From Hydrolagus colliei (taxonomy: Eukaryota): a stretch of DNA of 64,000 nt. The stretch lies in NCBI GenBank assembly GCA_035084275.1, contig CM068743.1, forward strand, positions 109,306,001 through 109,370,000, written 5' to 3'. Positions within the stretch are counted from its first letter, which is position 1. Every line of letters starts with the position of its first letter. The notes beneath the pieces were generated by a model. It saw only the letters and a list, made by a program, of their open reading frames with translations. It was not told where the DNA came from and did not search any database. Below are positions 36,721 to 50,386 of the stretch, in pieces. The translations under genes and the position numbers were made by a program.

Positions 36721-36995
36721 CTCAAGTGGGGTTCTGGCAAGTTGGTGTGAGACAAATTTCTCTCATCTTACCCCATTTCTTCTCCTCTTCCTGGAAGGGT
36801 TTTAAAGAATACAAGCAGAATTACCCTTCAAGCTGCTGCCCTATTGCTCTAGAATCCATATCATCTGAGGCCAAACTATCCCTTTATTTAAAAGTTCTGG
36901 CTTAAACTAAGATCACCAGTACAGTTTATGTCAAGGCCACTTGGTTTATTTTCTTCTCTATATTCCATATGTCTGAAAGTTTCTTTTGAAAACTA

Positions 36996-38036
36996 CAAGT
37001 ATCTCTCCCCAGCCACGGGGGATATGTTCCCGTAAACCTTCGTGGTTGGAAAAATCGTGGTTGGAAAATGCAGGGCCCTATGTGAAACATGGGGATACGG
37101 GGAGTAAGTTTACTATTTTGCGGTTGGGAAATGCAGGGCCCTATGAGAAACATGGGGATAGGGGGAGTAAGTTCGTGTTTAGTAAAACTAAACACAAAAA
37201 AACACATACAGTTATAACATACATGGGGATAGGGGGAGTAAGTTTGGGAGCACTGGCTGCCAGGATCTGCAGCAATCCGCTAGAGAGAGAGAGAGAGACA
37301 CGGAGGGTGGGGTGATGGGGGGGCGGGGGGGTGTTTGACACGGAAGGCTGGGGGGGTGGTGGTAACGTGGAGGGCTGGGGAGGGGTGGGGTGACATGGAG
37401 GGCTGGGGGGGTGACATGGAAGGCCTGGGGGGGGGGTGACATGGAGGGCTGGGGGGCGGGTGACATGGAGGGCTGGGGGGGTGACATGGAGGGCTGGGGC
37501 GGGGGGAGTGACACGGAGGGCTGGGGGGGTGACACGGAGGGCTGGGGGGGTGTGTGATATGGAGGGCTGGGGGGGCTGGAGAAGATGAGAGAGAAGGAGG
37601 GGTGGGGAGGGAGGGGGTGGGGGAAGAGAAGGTGAGTCAGAAAGAGAAAAGGTGAGAGAGAGAAGGGGGGTGGGAGAGGAGGGGGAGGGGGGGAAGAGAA
37701 GGTGAAATAGAGAGGTGAGAAGAGAGTAGGGGGTTGGGGGAAAGGTGGGGGGAAGGCAATACTCCCAAACTTACTAGCTAGGCTGCGGAGACGCGACAAT
37801 AAATGCATGTTACTGTAGTTACCTTAATCCTAAGAGAGAAGTGTTGTCGTTGGTTGATTGCAACATTGCAACTGGGTCCTAGTACTATACGCTAACTCTT
37901 CGAAAATTTAAATCCGCGGATTTAAATCGCGGATACACAAAATGCAAAACGCAGTTTGCGAGGGTTGTCGCATTTAGCAAACCGTGGATACATGAGTTTC
38001 ATGGTTGGGGAGGCCGCGGTTGGGGCGGGATACCTA
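36996..38036. mobile_element. Tigger/pogo-like MITE carrying a G-rich minisatellite
   Basis: The left end CAAGTATCTCTCCCCAGCCACGG resembles the reverse complement of the right end, TAGGTATCCCGCCCCAACCGCGG. TA at 36994-36995 and 38037-38038. Confidence 0.75.
37295..37760. repeat. G-rich minisatellite (GTGACAYGGAGGGCTGGGGGG)n and purine tract
   Basis: Roughly ten units of about 20 bp followed by a GA-rich tract. Confidence 0.9.
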
Positions 38037-38199
38037 TATTGTAATTCATTTGGCATCACATTGGACACCTCCAAAGATCTTTGTCAGGATCTGGCGCTAT
38101 GCAATCATAAATAAGTTAAGCAATTCCTAGTTTCCTTTCAAATCACTCTGCCTATACTATAGTTGATGGTTCATCTGACTTTTTATCCCATGAACTCAA

Positions 38200-39350
38200 C
38201 ATTTCCCCAGGGCTCTTTTCTCTTGTTCCCTTTTCCTCTGGACATCAATCATCTCCTCCACTCATCATCCAAACCTATTCACTCTTTTGCTATCATTTCC
38301 ATACTAGTTCATCAACTTGCCCAAGATCACATGCCCTCAGTGATCTGGCAATGCAATGTCTGAATCACTGAACCTTGACCTCATCAATGTTCGTTGATAA
38401 AGATCTTTCTTTTAATTGTGCCAAGCACAGTTTTCTCATGTCTTTTGCATGTCCAACCAGCAGCTGCCATCTCTTATCTTTGATGGTTCCATTCTTAGTC
38501 CTTCAATTACTAACTGTCATGGCTTCACTATCTTCTGAATTTAGATGGTACTCTCATGTTTCCCTCTTTGTTAGAAGCCTCCAGGTAGCTTAGTTACTTC
38601 TTCTAGTCCAACACTTCAATACCTGTTAACCTTTTATAAAGTCACAATCTGTCCAAAACTTGAATGCCACTGCCTTCTGTTGGCAAGTTAGTTTAGCATT
38701 TCTCACACATTCAGATTTTAAAAAATCCCTCAACAATACCTGTAACCTTTATCGAAATCTCATTGATATTATTAGAGCCATTTCCTCATTGAACTTGAAT
38801 GTGTTCTTGCACAGAAGTGTCAAACATGCTAGTCCGAATCGCCTCACCCTACATCTGCGACCTCCTATCCCACTACCAACTTGTCTGCCCCCTCCGCTCA
38901 ACAGGCTCCGGCCTGCTCCATGTACCCTGTCCTCTGATCCACCCACCCACCATTGGCGGGCGAACCTTCACCTACTCTGCCCCTAACCTCTGAAACTCCA
39001 TCCCACAGTCCCTCCGCCTCGCCCCTTCCCTGGCCTTCTTCAAGTCCTACCTCAAGACCCTCCTCTTCAACAGTCCCATCGGTTACCCCAAATCCCCCAC
39101 TTTCCCTCCACCCTCCCCTCCCCGACCCTAACTTGGGTCTGCAACAAGGACTATCCAGCGTCTTGGGATGTCCTCTTGATGTGAAAGGCGGTATACAAGT
39201 GTAATTTTGTTTATATCTTCCATCATCCTTGGAATACAATATGTGGCATTTCTTAACAGGATTCTTCAATAATATGAGGTGCACAAATAGAGATTTTTTC
39301 TGGTGAAGATACTTGGGAATTTTGAACTACTTCCGGAGTAGAATTCCCAC
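38200..39350 (+). mobile_element. Ancient CR1-group LINE RT C-terminal remnant, split by a younger L2
   Basis: Broken translation SFNCAK...LSSEFRWYSHVS...(L)YK.TICPKLE resembles the FN..KT / L.W..H / LYK..IRP.LEY pattern of CR1-group RTs. Confidence 0.4.
38830..39211 (+). mobile_element. L2 3' fragment
   Basis: PTIGGRTFTYSAPNL plus tail ggatgtcctcttgatgtgaaaggcggtatacaagtgtaattttg. Confidence 0.85.
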
Positions 39351-40379
39351 AGATCGACAGGAATTCTGGTAAAGAAGTCATGAATTACCCTGGTTATATT
39401 AAAATCTTATTGCAACAAATGGTCCTCACTCATTCTTTTGTCCATATACTGTATCATGTAATCACTATTCTTTGACTTCTTGTGCCCGTTCTCTTGCCAA
39501 CCTTGGTTGTATCCTGGAACTAGAGCCTTAGCCCTTCACCGAGATTTCTTAATTCATATTAACTCATTGTGATGAGTAAAATTTAGATAAATCAGGGAGT
39601 AAAACTCAGAACAATATTCAGAAAACCAATTATAGAATCAAAATCAACAGATTGATAGATACAGCAACAACAACAACTTTGATTTATATAGCGCTCTCCA
39701 TGCCAGACGGCATCTCATACAGTGTCTCATAGATACATTAAGTAAACCAAAGGATTAGAACATGAAAAGTGGAAATCTAATGGTGACGGCTGGAAGGCCA
39801 ATTCACCATAAAAGTAGTAGATGTAAAATAACCCTGCATGAGTAGAGCTATAGCAAGATGCATAGTTTGTATTAATGTCTCCAAATTTGATTTTCACCTA
39901 AACCAATATCTGAAGTGAGCTGGACAGAATTTTTCAGGTTTTCCATCGGTATGATAGCATGGTCATATTTGTTTTGATGCACACAGTTGGGTCGACAATG
40001 TAGCAATCAGTACCGATGGGAAATTGCATTACAATCAGTAATAAAAAGATTTGTTGGCATTTGCCAAAAAAGACTTGGTATTACATAGTATTATAGATTG
40101 TTTCAGCATAGAAAGAGGCTATTCAGCCCAACTAGCCCATGTCAGTGTTTATATTCCACTTGAACCTCCAATCCCCCTACTTCCCTCTCATAACTTTCTG
40201 TGCCCTTCTCCCTGATGTATACAGTATTTTAAATCTTTCATTGTTGCACAAATTGTAGCTTATACAACTTGGTGATAAGCATTTCCAGTAAATCTGTTTC
40301 TTTCCTTTATGAAGCAGAATTATATACGTACATTTTTTCTAAACTGTATGAACTATAGTGCGTGACGTGAATTGAATGA

Positions 40380-40790
40380 ACAATTTTATTTGGTGGATTG
40401 TTGGCACAGGCACCAGAAGAAACTCCCTGCTCTTTTTAAACAGTCCCAAGGGATCTTTAATGTCCACATAACAAAATAGATGTCCATATGATAAAGTAGT
40501 CAAAATCACTTTACAGTATTTCCAGTGAAGCACTTTGAGATATCTCAACAACGTGATAATGCGCTGTATCAAATGCAAAGATTATTATTGTCATATTATT
40601 ATGAACAGCTTGTAGCAGAGCAGGAGAGAGAGACAGAGCAGCAATTTGTCTAATGTCTATCTGTAGGATGGCACCTCTGATAATGCAGCACAACCCAGCA
40701 CTTCAATGGAGTGTAAAGCTTTTATGTTCAAACTCCTAACATGGAGCTTGAACTCACAACTTTCTGACTCAGAGGTGAGAATTCTATCAT
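40380..40790 (-). mobile_element. Old Deu-domain SINE interrupted by a plus-strand young SINE tail (about 40490-40600)
   Basis: Deu core aactccctgctctttttaaacagtcccaagggatctttaatgtccac, resumed by ggatggcacctctgataatgcagcac...cttgaactcacaactttctgactcagaggtgaga. Confidence 0.65.
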
Positions 40791-41129
40791 TTAACCCATC
40801 TTTAATAAAGGTGACACCCATGCAGTACAATTATACAACAAAACATGATAGGTTGCAGTAAGCAAAAGCCATTGGTTCCAACAACGCCATTCCTTACATG
40901 TCAGTCATTCTTGATTAGGTGCAAGCATTTCCAATGCACCTTTTCCTACATTTCCTTGATGGTTTTCCTGTACGCTTATTGGTATGTTAAAAAGTATGAA
41001 AATACACCAAGCACGGAAATAATGAAACTGTTATGACATTTTGCTAAATGCAATACAGATGTCTCATGTATTTGACCCTCATGATTTCTTTCTGAGTTCA
41101 CAGAAATCACCAGGGTCAAATTTGCGAGA

Positions 41130-41650
41130 CATCTGTCCTCATTATAGCTGCCTCCAGCTGCAGGCTGTTATATGCCACCTAATATACAAAAAGTGAAGCA
41201 ATATACTAGTTACACCTGGTTGAGATTGGCCCACATTCCATATATGGCACTTAGATATTAGGTAATAGCTAAGTGCATTGAACTCTGCTATGGTGATCCT
41301 CATTATAACGCAGGGAGGGTCCATAAACATTATAACGAGGCAGTGATAGCTTGTTTTGTAGCGTATGCTCCGCTTACCAGTTCACTCCCAAACAATGTCC
41401 AATTTCCGGTTCATCAGGTCTCAAGCAATGCCATTTCCTCCAGCAGTACAAGGTGGATGCACAAACCAGGAAGTGACACTAGCGGTGAATTGATACCCTG
41501 AGGAAGTTGGCTAATTTTAGTGCACAAGTTAACTGGGGTTCATGAAGTGAGTGGGCTGGCTGTATGCATGCCCAGTGAAAGGGGTCTCCAACGTCATTAT
41601 AACCAATTCTGTGCCATAAAGAAACACGTTATAACGGGACTATACTCTAG
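41130..41650. mobile_element. Possible old Tigger-like DNA transposon remnant
   Basis: Repeated subterminal cattataac(g) motifs and right end cgttataacgggactatactc. The left TIR is degenerate. Confidence 0.4.
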
Positions 41651-44211
41651 TCTGGTGACGGAGGAAAGCTATTCTTGAAGATTAGCCATGGAACTAAATT
41701 ACTGTAGCCCTTGACTTCAGTGTATTTGTTTCATCCTTTCATTGTGGGGGTTGTCTATTAAAAAAGTGGGAAACAAGAATAGAATGCCATGTATTGGCAT
41801 ACGCTTCATTTGACTGTCTTGATTATCCACTATAATTTTTGTTGGTCAGGGTATTAAGGGACATGGGGAGAAAGTGAGAAATTGGAATTGAAAGGATTAG
41901 TTGAAATCAGCCATGAGCTAATTAAATGGCAGAACAGGCTTGAAGGGCTGAATGGCCCACTCCTCTTTTTATGTTCTGCATTGGGCTCTGATGCAGAAGT
42001 AACGCTCATGCATACAAGGCATGGGCTGCAAATTTAAGAGAGTGGATCTGTGAAACAGAGGCAGAAGGTGGAGAGATCCAATCCAGGTAACAATAACAAC
42101 AACTTGCTTTACATAGCGCTCTTGACGTGGAGTAGAATCTTGGATTGTTTAAATAAAAGATTGAGAGACGCACAGGTGTTCCTCCCTCTCTGCTTTCAAA
42201 ACCTGCTGAAAAATGTGTACATTTATAACTCCCCACCCCCAATCCCTCACCCCGCTCGCCTCCCAGACTGTGTCTCTCTAAAATCTTTGAGACATTTTCC
42301 TACGCAGAGCATATTTATCAGGGCTGTAAAATGAGAAGTTGAAGAACTGCTAGAACCATTTTCTATGGTGCAGACTTCATCTGGCACTGGGAAGCTAGAT
42401 ACAATTGGAAGGATCCTTAGATTCCAGGCTCTGGCTTCCCTCAGGGCCAGAAACGTCAGTCAGTGAGTCGTGGTGAAAGCTGAAAAAATGAAAGCAATCT
42501 GTCCAGATGAACACTTCAAAACACTGGCATCAATTTGAGAATAATTATAGACAATGGAATTGATATGAAACACTGGGGACAAATAAATAACCCCATCTTC
42601 TGAGCTTATTGTATTAAAGTACTGCGCTCCAGTATCGAGCACTATATCAAATGTAAGAATTATTATTATTATCATCATCAAAATTACAACAACTATATTC
42701 CAGAAGGTAGTGTTTGTTTAATAAAAATACATAAGAAAAGAAGTATAATTTGTCAGAATATCCCAATACTTCACTTAAAATGGTCTGAATCTGTTGATTT
42801 AGCCACTACAAGATTGGCTAATGTGTGCCTTTTTTTTAGCCTCAACAGACCACAATTAGTGGAGAGCCTTGATTTAATTAAATCGAACGCCCAGTTATAT
42901 TACACGTCTAATATTGGTACATTGTAATCTTTTGGCTAATATGAAATACAATAGTGCTTGTTTCTATTTGGCATCAGCAGTGAGACCACCTGGAATTGGT
43001 GCCTGGGACTGGGCATACGGAATTCACATTTTAAACACTAAAGTCAGAGACTAAAAGGAATTTAAGAAGACTGCTTGAACATTCATAAAGGTTCTTAATG
43101 GTAGAAAACAACTGACAATCTTGCTGGCTACTTGCTAACAATGAAACGTCCTTGGAAAATGGAAACTGAAGATCACAACCACGAGCATGTGTGTAAATAC
43201 TTGTGCCAAGGCAACAACAACAACAACAAATTACATTTGCATTGCGTTTTTCACTTTAGGAGGAAGTCCCAAGGAGCTGCACAGTCAGGGATCTGCAGGC
43301 TCTCAATAGCACAGGATCAGGCTTGTGGAGGGTGATTTAAGGATGGACATCAGGAAGTATTTAATAGAGGATAATAGACAGTTGGAATGGGTTACCAGAG
43401 ATGATGGTTCATTTCGGGACAGAGGTCTCATTTAAGAATCAGATTAATGCTGAAATAGGACAGTAAGGTAGATCTTATGGAAGGATGAGATGGAATTTGT
43501 CCCACCTCAAAACCACTTTCTTCACCAGTCCCCTCCCCTCCCTTTACCCTCTCCCCCCATCCCCACTCCCACCGTTGCTGATCTCAGCTCGGGTCTGAAA
43601 CACTGACTGTCCAGCGCCCTGGCACTCCTGACGTGAAAGGCACTGTATAAATGTAATTTTCTTGCTGTTGTTGTTGTTAAATAAGGTGAAAAACCTTCAT
43701 TCAAATGAATCTTGTGATATAGAACCATCAGTTCCTAGTCTCATGAGTGGTGCAAACGGTCAGTGTAAGATCCCGAAGGAGCCAGTGTAAGGTGCTCACT
43801 AGAACAGTACTCAGACTGATACTAACTGGGGAAAAGGTAACAGAAAATTAGCCAACATTTTACAAATGCGTGCAGTGTAGTTCAAACATCTGTTTAGTAC
43901 TGTTATCAACACATATGATCAGTTTTACACCTGTGCTTTATATATGTATTTAAAGGTTTCAAATGCTGCTAAATGGTGAGCTAGATTAACACATCACTGC
44001 ACTACTGTATCTAAACCCCAATGTAAGTAAATCTACTCATAAAGCAGATTTCCTAACAGTCTTGATAAGTACAAATTGGGCTCAACTTGTGGAGGGTGAT
44101 TTATACACCTCGTATAATCAACAATATTTTAATTACTAGATTCAGTGCACATCTGGTTATGTGTAAGATTGTGTTTTGTGTGCCATGAACACATCTGGGG
44201 TATCACAAGAT

Positions 44212-44505
44212 TATAATAATAATCCTTGCATTTGATATAGTATCTTATCATGCATCAAAATGTCTCAAAGGGCTTCACAGGATTTACTCTAATGTGTAGT
44301 GACTGTACATGAAGGCAAACATCGCAGCTGGTTTGTGCACAGCAATGACTCTCAAGTAGCAAGGAGACATATTTTTCTTATTTGAGTGACTGTTGTCAAG
44401 TACACTGGGAAAAACTACTTTTTTTTTGACTAGATCTTTAACAACCACCTGAACAGGCAGACTGAACCTCAGTTTAATATCTTATCTGTACAACTGCACC
44501 TCTGA
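44212..44505 (-). mobile_element. Deu-domain SINE
   Basis: Tail aataatccttgcatttgatatag and core atctttaacaaccacctgaacaggcagactgaacctcagtttaatatc. Confidence 0.65.
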
Positions 44506-46444
44506 ACTACTGAATAGATTGTAATAGTTTTAATAAGACTTGCACAGATATCCCAGGTATATAGGGAAGAAAGTAATTGAATGATTTTTGTGATTTTTTT
44601 GGTTAGCTGGATGTATACGATACAAGTGGATTTCTAACTTGTCACCGTGTTTAAGAATATCCAAACTAGGTACTGAGTATGCCACATATACATAGAAATT
44701 TAATCCCCTAGATAAAACTGATCATTCAGTTAAATGACTGTCTGGGGGATATTGCTGCGGATAAATTGGCTACTGCATTGGCCTATAAAATACACCGTTT
44801 TGCAGTCGATCCAGTGTATCACTTTGAGAAGTCCCAAATATATGCTAAGGCTGTATATCAAATTCATAAATTACTATTATTAATTTCAGAAGAAAGCATG
44901 GAATGGGAACAGCTAATTAACCTGCAAGGAACCAATCCACCTGCACATTGCCCACTGCATCCCCCAGAGGAATGTTATGCACAGATACACTTCCTAATTC
45001 TCAAAGGTAACCAAGCACAAAGTCCAACATATCCATGGCCACATCTCCACTCTTCAAATGTGGTCTTCAATCATGCCTTCCTTCCTTCCACACATAAAAT
45101 ATCCCACCTCACCCAGCAGCTCAGTGCATCCCATGAAGTATTTGTTTATGTAAGCTTGCACCTATCCAATATCTACTGGTACCGTCCCATAGATGATTAT
45201 TATTACCATTTCCAAGCAAATACTTGTCCAATTGATTTTGAAGGAGCTAAATCCATAAAGCATCAATTGTTTTTGTGGTTCCATAAATCCACCATGGTGT
45301 AAGAAATAAATGCTAATCTATTGATCCACTTACAGAGCAAGCATTTTTCTATACTGTAAAAGCTCCTTTGATTTCACGTGAGACAGATAAATAGATATAC
45401 AGTAGATCTATTAATTTCACCTTTTGGGTGCAGTTTTGTGTTCTCATTTGCACTTTAAAAAATTGTCATCCATCAACTATTTGTGTTTGGCAATGAAAAC
45501 AAATCACTGCATTTGTATGCATGGACTAAACCATGTCGTGCTGGCAGATCAACAGCTCCCATCTCCTAGAGCAGCAGTCTTTAACTGAGATTTGGGGGAT
45601 AAGGGGAATGTAGCTTTGAAAATGACCACTGCTGTGAACATTTTAGATGTACCTGAAGAGGTTGATTGTACTTTAGAATCTTTCTCAATTAAATAGGTCC
45701 AGAATAGACCATTACATACACACAGTATCTGGCTCATTGCCCGTGGTGTCCATACTATGCCAATATGTACAGCTGCACGTCAATATGAGTTATTCTGAAT
45801 CTAGAGCCAATTGCTAAGGTTACTTCCAGACCACCAGCCTTTTATAAAACAGCTTTCCAAATAGGAACAGAACAAAAACAGTACACAATAATTTCACTCA
45901 TACACAGATGGGCCAAAATATTTGATTCTGCTCCCCACCCCCTACCCCGCGACACTTCAAAGCCCATCAGCAGATGATATGCTCAGTCCACCACCTTGTC
46001 TTACAATAGCTGTTCCAGAACAAAGGCTGCAGAAACATAACGCTTATCGCAGTCATAAAACAATGTGTTTAAATGTAGTGACAGGAAACATTAGTAATAG
46101 ATGTACGATTAAAAGAAGGCTTATTTTTAAAATTAAACCGGTGATATGAAATGAAAGCATCATTCTGTGTAATGCTGAGAACAAGGTCTGCCATTGCATG
46201 ACCGCAGGTTTTGTTTAATATCTTTTTTTTTTCTAAGGGCCAGCACTGATATTTCTTTAAGTGCCTTTCTGAAGGACAGTGCGGGTCAGTCTCATTCACA
46301 TCATCCTGAGATGGGAAGGACATGAGGGCAGCACCACTGCAGTGTCTGAGCAGAGGCTGAAAAGAAACACTGATCCATCCAAATCACTTGAGGAATACAA
46401 TGCACATGGAATAAGAATACAGACACGTATAGGGCAAAGGAGAA

Positions 46445-46620
46445 ATGTGCGTGGGGCAAGGGTTATGTGTGTGGGGAGAGGGAGAACACACATGGGGAGA
46501 GGGAGAGATACAGGTGGGGCAAGGGTTATGTGTGTGGGGAGAGGGGGGACATGTGTGGGGAGACGGAAGACAGGTGTGGGGTGAGGGAGGACACATGTGG
46601 GGTGAGGGAGGACACTTATG
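46445..46620. repeat. Imperfect G-rich minisatellite (GTGGGGAGAGGGAG...ACAC)
   Basis: Units of about 21 bp, with gtggggcaagggttatgtgtgtggggagaggg occurring twice. Confidence 0.8.
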
Positions 46621-47869
46621 ATGTGAGAGATGGAGCAAGAGAAATTACAAAGGAAAGTTTTAGAACCAGTTAAATTTATCGCACAGGAAGCCAGTGAATC
46701 CATTGTCCCTGTGTTGGGGCTCCGAAACTGATTAAAGTTGGCTTATCATTTGCACTCCAAAAGTTAAAAAGAGATGAGTCTTTTTACAGTGTATAAATAT
46801 GCCTCTAAATCTTATACATTCTGCACTGGTTCCCAAAGTAATAGGCTAGTTAAAATTCTCACATACTCTATATCTGCATGCTCAATATTGGTCTCAGAGT
46901 GTGTACATCTCCATTCAGCACTGCATGATTTAATATAAAGTCCCCGGGGGGGTGTGGAAATATCTGGTGAATCCCTTTCATTGCTGATAATTATGCCACC
47001 CAAACTGCTGACTTAATCTATTTTGAATCCAGAGGTGGGTTAAGTCACTTCCCTGACCATTAAAGCAAGATGCTCGGGTAAATACTGCTGTCACTACTGG
47101 GGTGATGAAGCTTAACTGCATCAGAATCTTAACCTTCGCACTGCTCATGACTCCAGCTTTTTCATCTCAGTTCATAAATGTGATTGCAGGTCCATCTTTT
47201 GATTCAGCAATTTAATAACTTCGAGTGCTGTCAGTACCACTTTGAAAAATGGCTCCTATAAAATGTAACGACCTCAATCAGATTGTAAAGATTCACCCAC
47301 TGAAGATTCTTTCATTTCAGCCTAAATGAATTAATGTTGAGCTATGCAAAAGTTCAAGTGCCATTACAACTAATGTAACTCTGCACTGTAACTGCAATTC
47401 AAAGGAGTTTTTTGGCCTGTGATAAAGTAGAATTACACACTATAATGTGACCTAGATTGATTCTTTGGGTAGCAATGTTCCACTGGAGCAGTATCTGGGT
47501 CTGGCATGGAAACACAAAAAGGCACAGAGGTGGCTGGGTGTTATTCAGGAACAGGGTCGCATTAGCAACCGGTCATGCACCATTCCAGCCAGCATTTTCT
47601 GATCGATGGCTCGTTGATGGATTCTGGAAGCCAGTGTTGGGAACTGCTTCACTGTCTTTACACAATGATGAGAAGAGGCCAAAAGAAGACCATTCACATC
47701 AACTCTGGTAACTAAAGCACAGAGATCCGCGAACTTGATATTTATAAAATAATATGGGGCAACAAATAAGGAATTGATGTTTAAACATCGTCTTTTGGCT
47801 CTCAGCAATCTCAGTATTGAACCACTTTGCCTTAAGCAATGTTACCTCAATGTTATTAATATAAATAAT

Positions 47870-48052
47870 AACAATAAAAAGAAAATTGGTCACTCAATCC
47901 ATGACTGTTTGTGGGACACTGCAATTTGCTGCCACATTTTGCCCCCAAAGATACAGTCAATTCACTTTATAAGATATTTGTGTGAAGCGCTTTGAGACCT
48001 TTTGAAGATTTGATAAGGCCGATATCAAATGCAAGGATGATTACTATTATTA
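47870..48052 (+). mobile_element. Young SINE, 3' half
   Basis: aaattggtcactcaatccatgactgtttgtgggacactg...atatcaaatgcaaggatgattactatt. Confidence 0.8.
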
Positions 48053-49397
48053 TAAATTGTTTCTGTCATATCCCTAGAAACAGAATGTCCCACAATGTGA
48101 TTATTACACAGGACAAAAATGTCTGACTTTCTGATCATCAGGTCATCACTGACTTCAGTTCCTGCACATTGCGAATGCACAGTATGCACAGGAATTAATA
48201 TCAGGTAGGCTTTTTGCGCCTAGTGCTTACACTCAGGAAGTGACACCAGGGGTGACTTGATGATCTGGAAGTCATCCATTTCAAAAATAATGCAAACTGA
48301 GGATCCTACCCTGTGTTATTCAAACACAATCAACACCATTCAAAGTACTGTTCTTGATATAGCCAGGGGTTGAAAAACCTAACCATTTTAAATGGGAGTT
48401 CATATTAACGATTGAGAGATGCAAATCAAAATTTGGCCCTTCACAAAGGTGGAAATAGAGCACAACAACATTTAGGTATAAAAAATATAAAAATATGAAG
48501 AATCGTTGTACACTTCATTTTCAGAAATCACCATCAGCAACTGTACCACACAACCATCTGTCCAGAGGATTTCTTTTGAAAAAAAATTCAGAACAAATAC
48601 CAATTACACATTTCAAACCTTTTATGTCCCTTTTTACAACAGCAAACCCAGCCTACAGAAGGAAGTTTCACTGTAATGACAGCAATAAAAAACACAAATG
48701 GCACTTTTAGCACCATCCTGAATATGGTATTTTCTGTGCACTACATGTGATCTAAATGGTTTGATCATACAGCTTAATACTCAGTTGGGTTTATAGAACA
48801 ATCAATGTTCCAGAAAATGATGTATTTATCAAATACCAGACTTAGTGGTTACTGGTGTATGACATTGTAGGACATCAGGTCCGTGGTGTTCAGGAGTCAC
48901 CAGTAAAACACATTGAGGCTACTTCAACAACTTCATCTCATCTATGTCAGGCAATTTGTTGAAAGCTTAGCCTGGATGCAAGAAACTTGTAATAAAAATT
49001 CATGGAGTTTGCTGAAGAAAGAAAACTGATGGCAGACAAAAGGTCACCCTGCATCTGTGCTAGAGGTCAAGGGTCATTTATAATGCCGCAATGGGCTCCA
49101 TATTTCATGCATCACCGAGCAGATAAAATTTGTGCTGATGCAACTGGTCTCATTCAGCAACATTTTATTGTGGTTAGAAACATCCTAAGTGTTAATGTAA
49201 AACTTGTAGCTTGATTCCTTCTGCTAGTTTTCACATTGTCCACGGAATGCTGAGTTGCAGCAAAATCTCTCCTGTGACATTAACCCTCAGAGTCCTAAGT
49301 GTCCTTCGCAGGTTGCGGAATATAAATGAGAATTCCGCAGTCTCCAAAAATTACACATTGTAAAAATTATTAAACAGTTTGATTTAATAAAAAGACA

Positions 49398-49762
49398 GAA
49401 TATAACTCAGAACATAAAAAAACGATAAAGTCTGAAAATCTGACCTTGTTAACCTTTTCCATGTACTGTTGATCAGTCTGAAATTGGCCGTCCAATTCCC
49501 GTTGAAAGTCACAGGAATCGTTGGAAGTACAGTATTAAGGAATGAAGACGTTATGGCAAGTTCTTTACAGGGGTAGGCTGGTCAAGAAGAGGCAGCAAAG
49601 GAGGCCAGGAGTTTGGGAAGGTTAAAATTAATTGTATATGTTCAACGATTCCTGTAACTTTCAAAGGGAATTGGCTGACCAGTTCAGACTGATCAACAAT
49701 ACATGCAAGCAAAGGTCAGATTTTCAGACTTTAGTCTTTTTTTGCGTTCTGAGTTATATTCC
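49398..49762. repeat. Long inverted repeat (fold-back, MITE-like)
   Basis: Arms of about 135 bp: gaatataactcagaac...aaagtctgaaaatctgacctt...tgttgatcagtctgaa...ttgaaagtcacaggaatcgttg and its reverse complement. Spacer about 95 bp. Confidence 0.85.
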
Positions 49763-50386
49763 GAGTTACATCCCAGAGATTGTGGAAAGATAAAAACTGG
49801 AGCATTACAACTCAAAAAAGTGGATTAACATTCCCTAGTTAATGCCAGATTTCAGAATGGAAATGGAAGGGTTGGAGTAGACCCCTTGGCTGAGAACCAA
49901 ATCTGAGGAAATCTAAAGAGAAACTCGCAAAATATATAGGAGGAAAATGCATTAAAATAGTTAAAAGATTACACAGTGTGATCTCAAGGAGCAGGGATGT
50001 TATTCTTTATGCTTATTAATTTATCCATCACTAGATATTCCCAGAATCATTAAGTTTCATATTCTCCTTTTATTTAATTATGTGTTAGTATTTCCCAGAT
50101 AATAATAATCTTGGCAATTAATATAACACCATATCACATTGTTGAGATGTCTCAAAGCCCTTCAGAGGATATAGTATATTGTAAAGTGTAGTGATGTGTT
50201 TTTCATGGGCATAAATCATTTCAAAAACATTTTCATTTGAAAACAACATAGATTCCCCACTTGTTCTCTCTGCCATGTGTACATCTATCTGCTAGCTCAT
50301 TCACCTTTTGAAACAAAAACTAAATAATCAGCCTACAGCTCAGCCACATGGCCAACAAGGCTAACATTGAACTGTGTAACATGTTG

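Noticed and set aside
37212-37808. 198 aa proline-rich ORF
   Set aside because: It is the antisense reading of a G-rich minisatellite inside a MITE.
39820-39860. Possible penultimate ZNF407 exon end (..HAG)
   Set aside because: The upstream translation does not match ZNF407 and there is no GT donor at the required phase.
44766-45302. 178 aa ORF
   Set aside because: Non-ATG start, no recognisable domain, partly L2-tail-like, and antisense within an intron.
49280-49300. TTAACCCT piggyBac-like left end
   Set aside because: No matching AGGGTTAA right end nearby.
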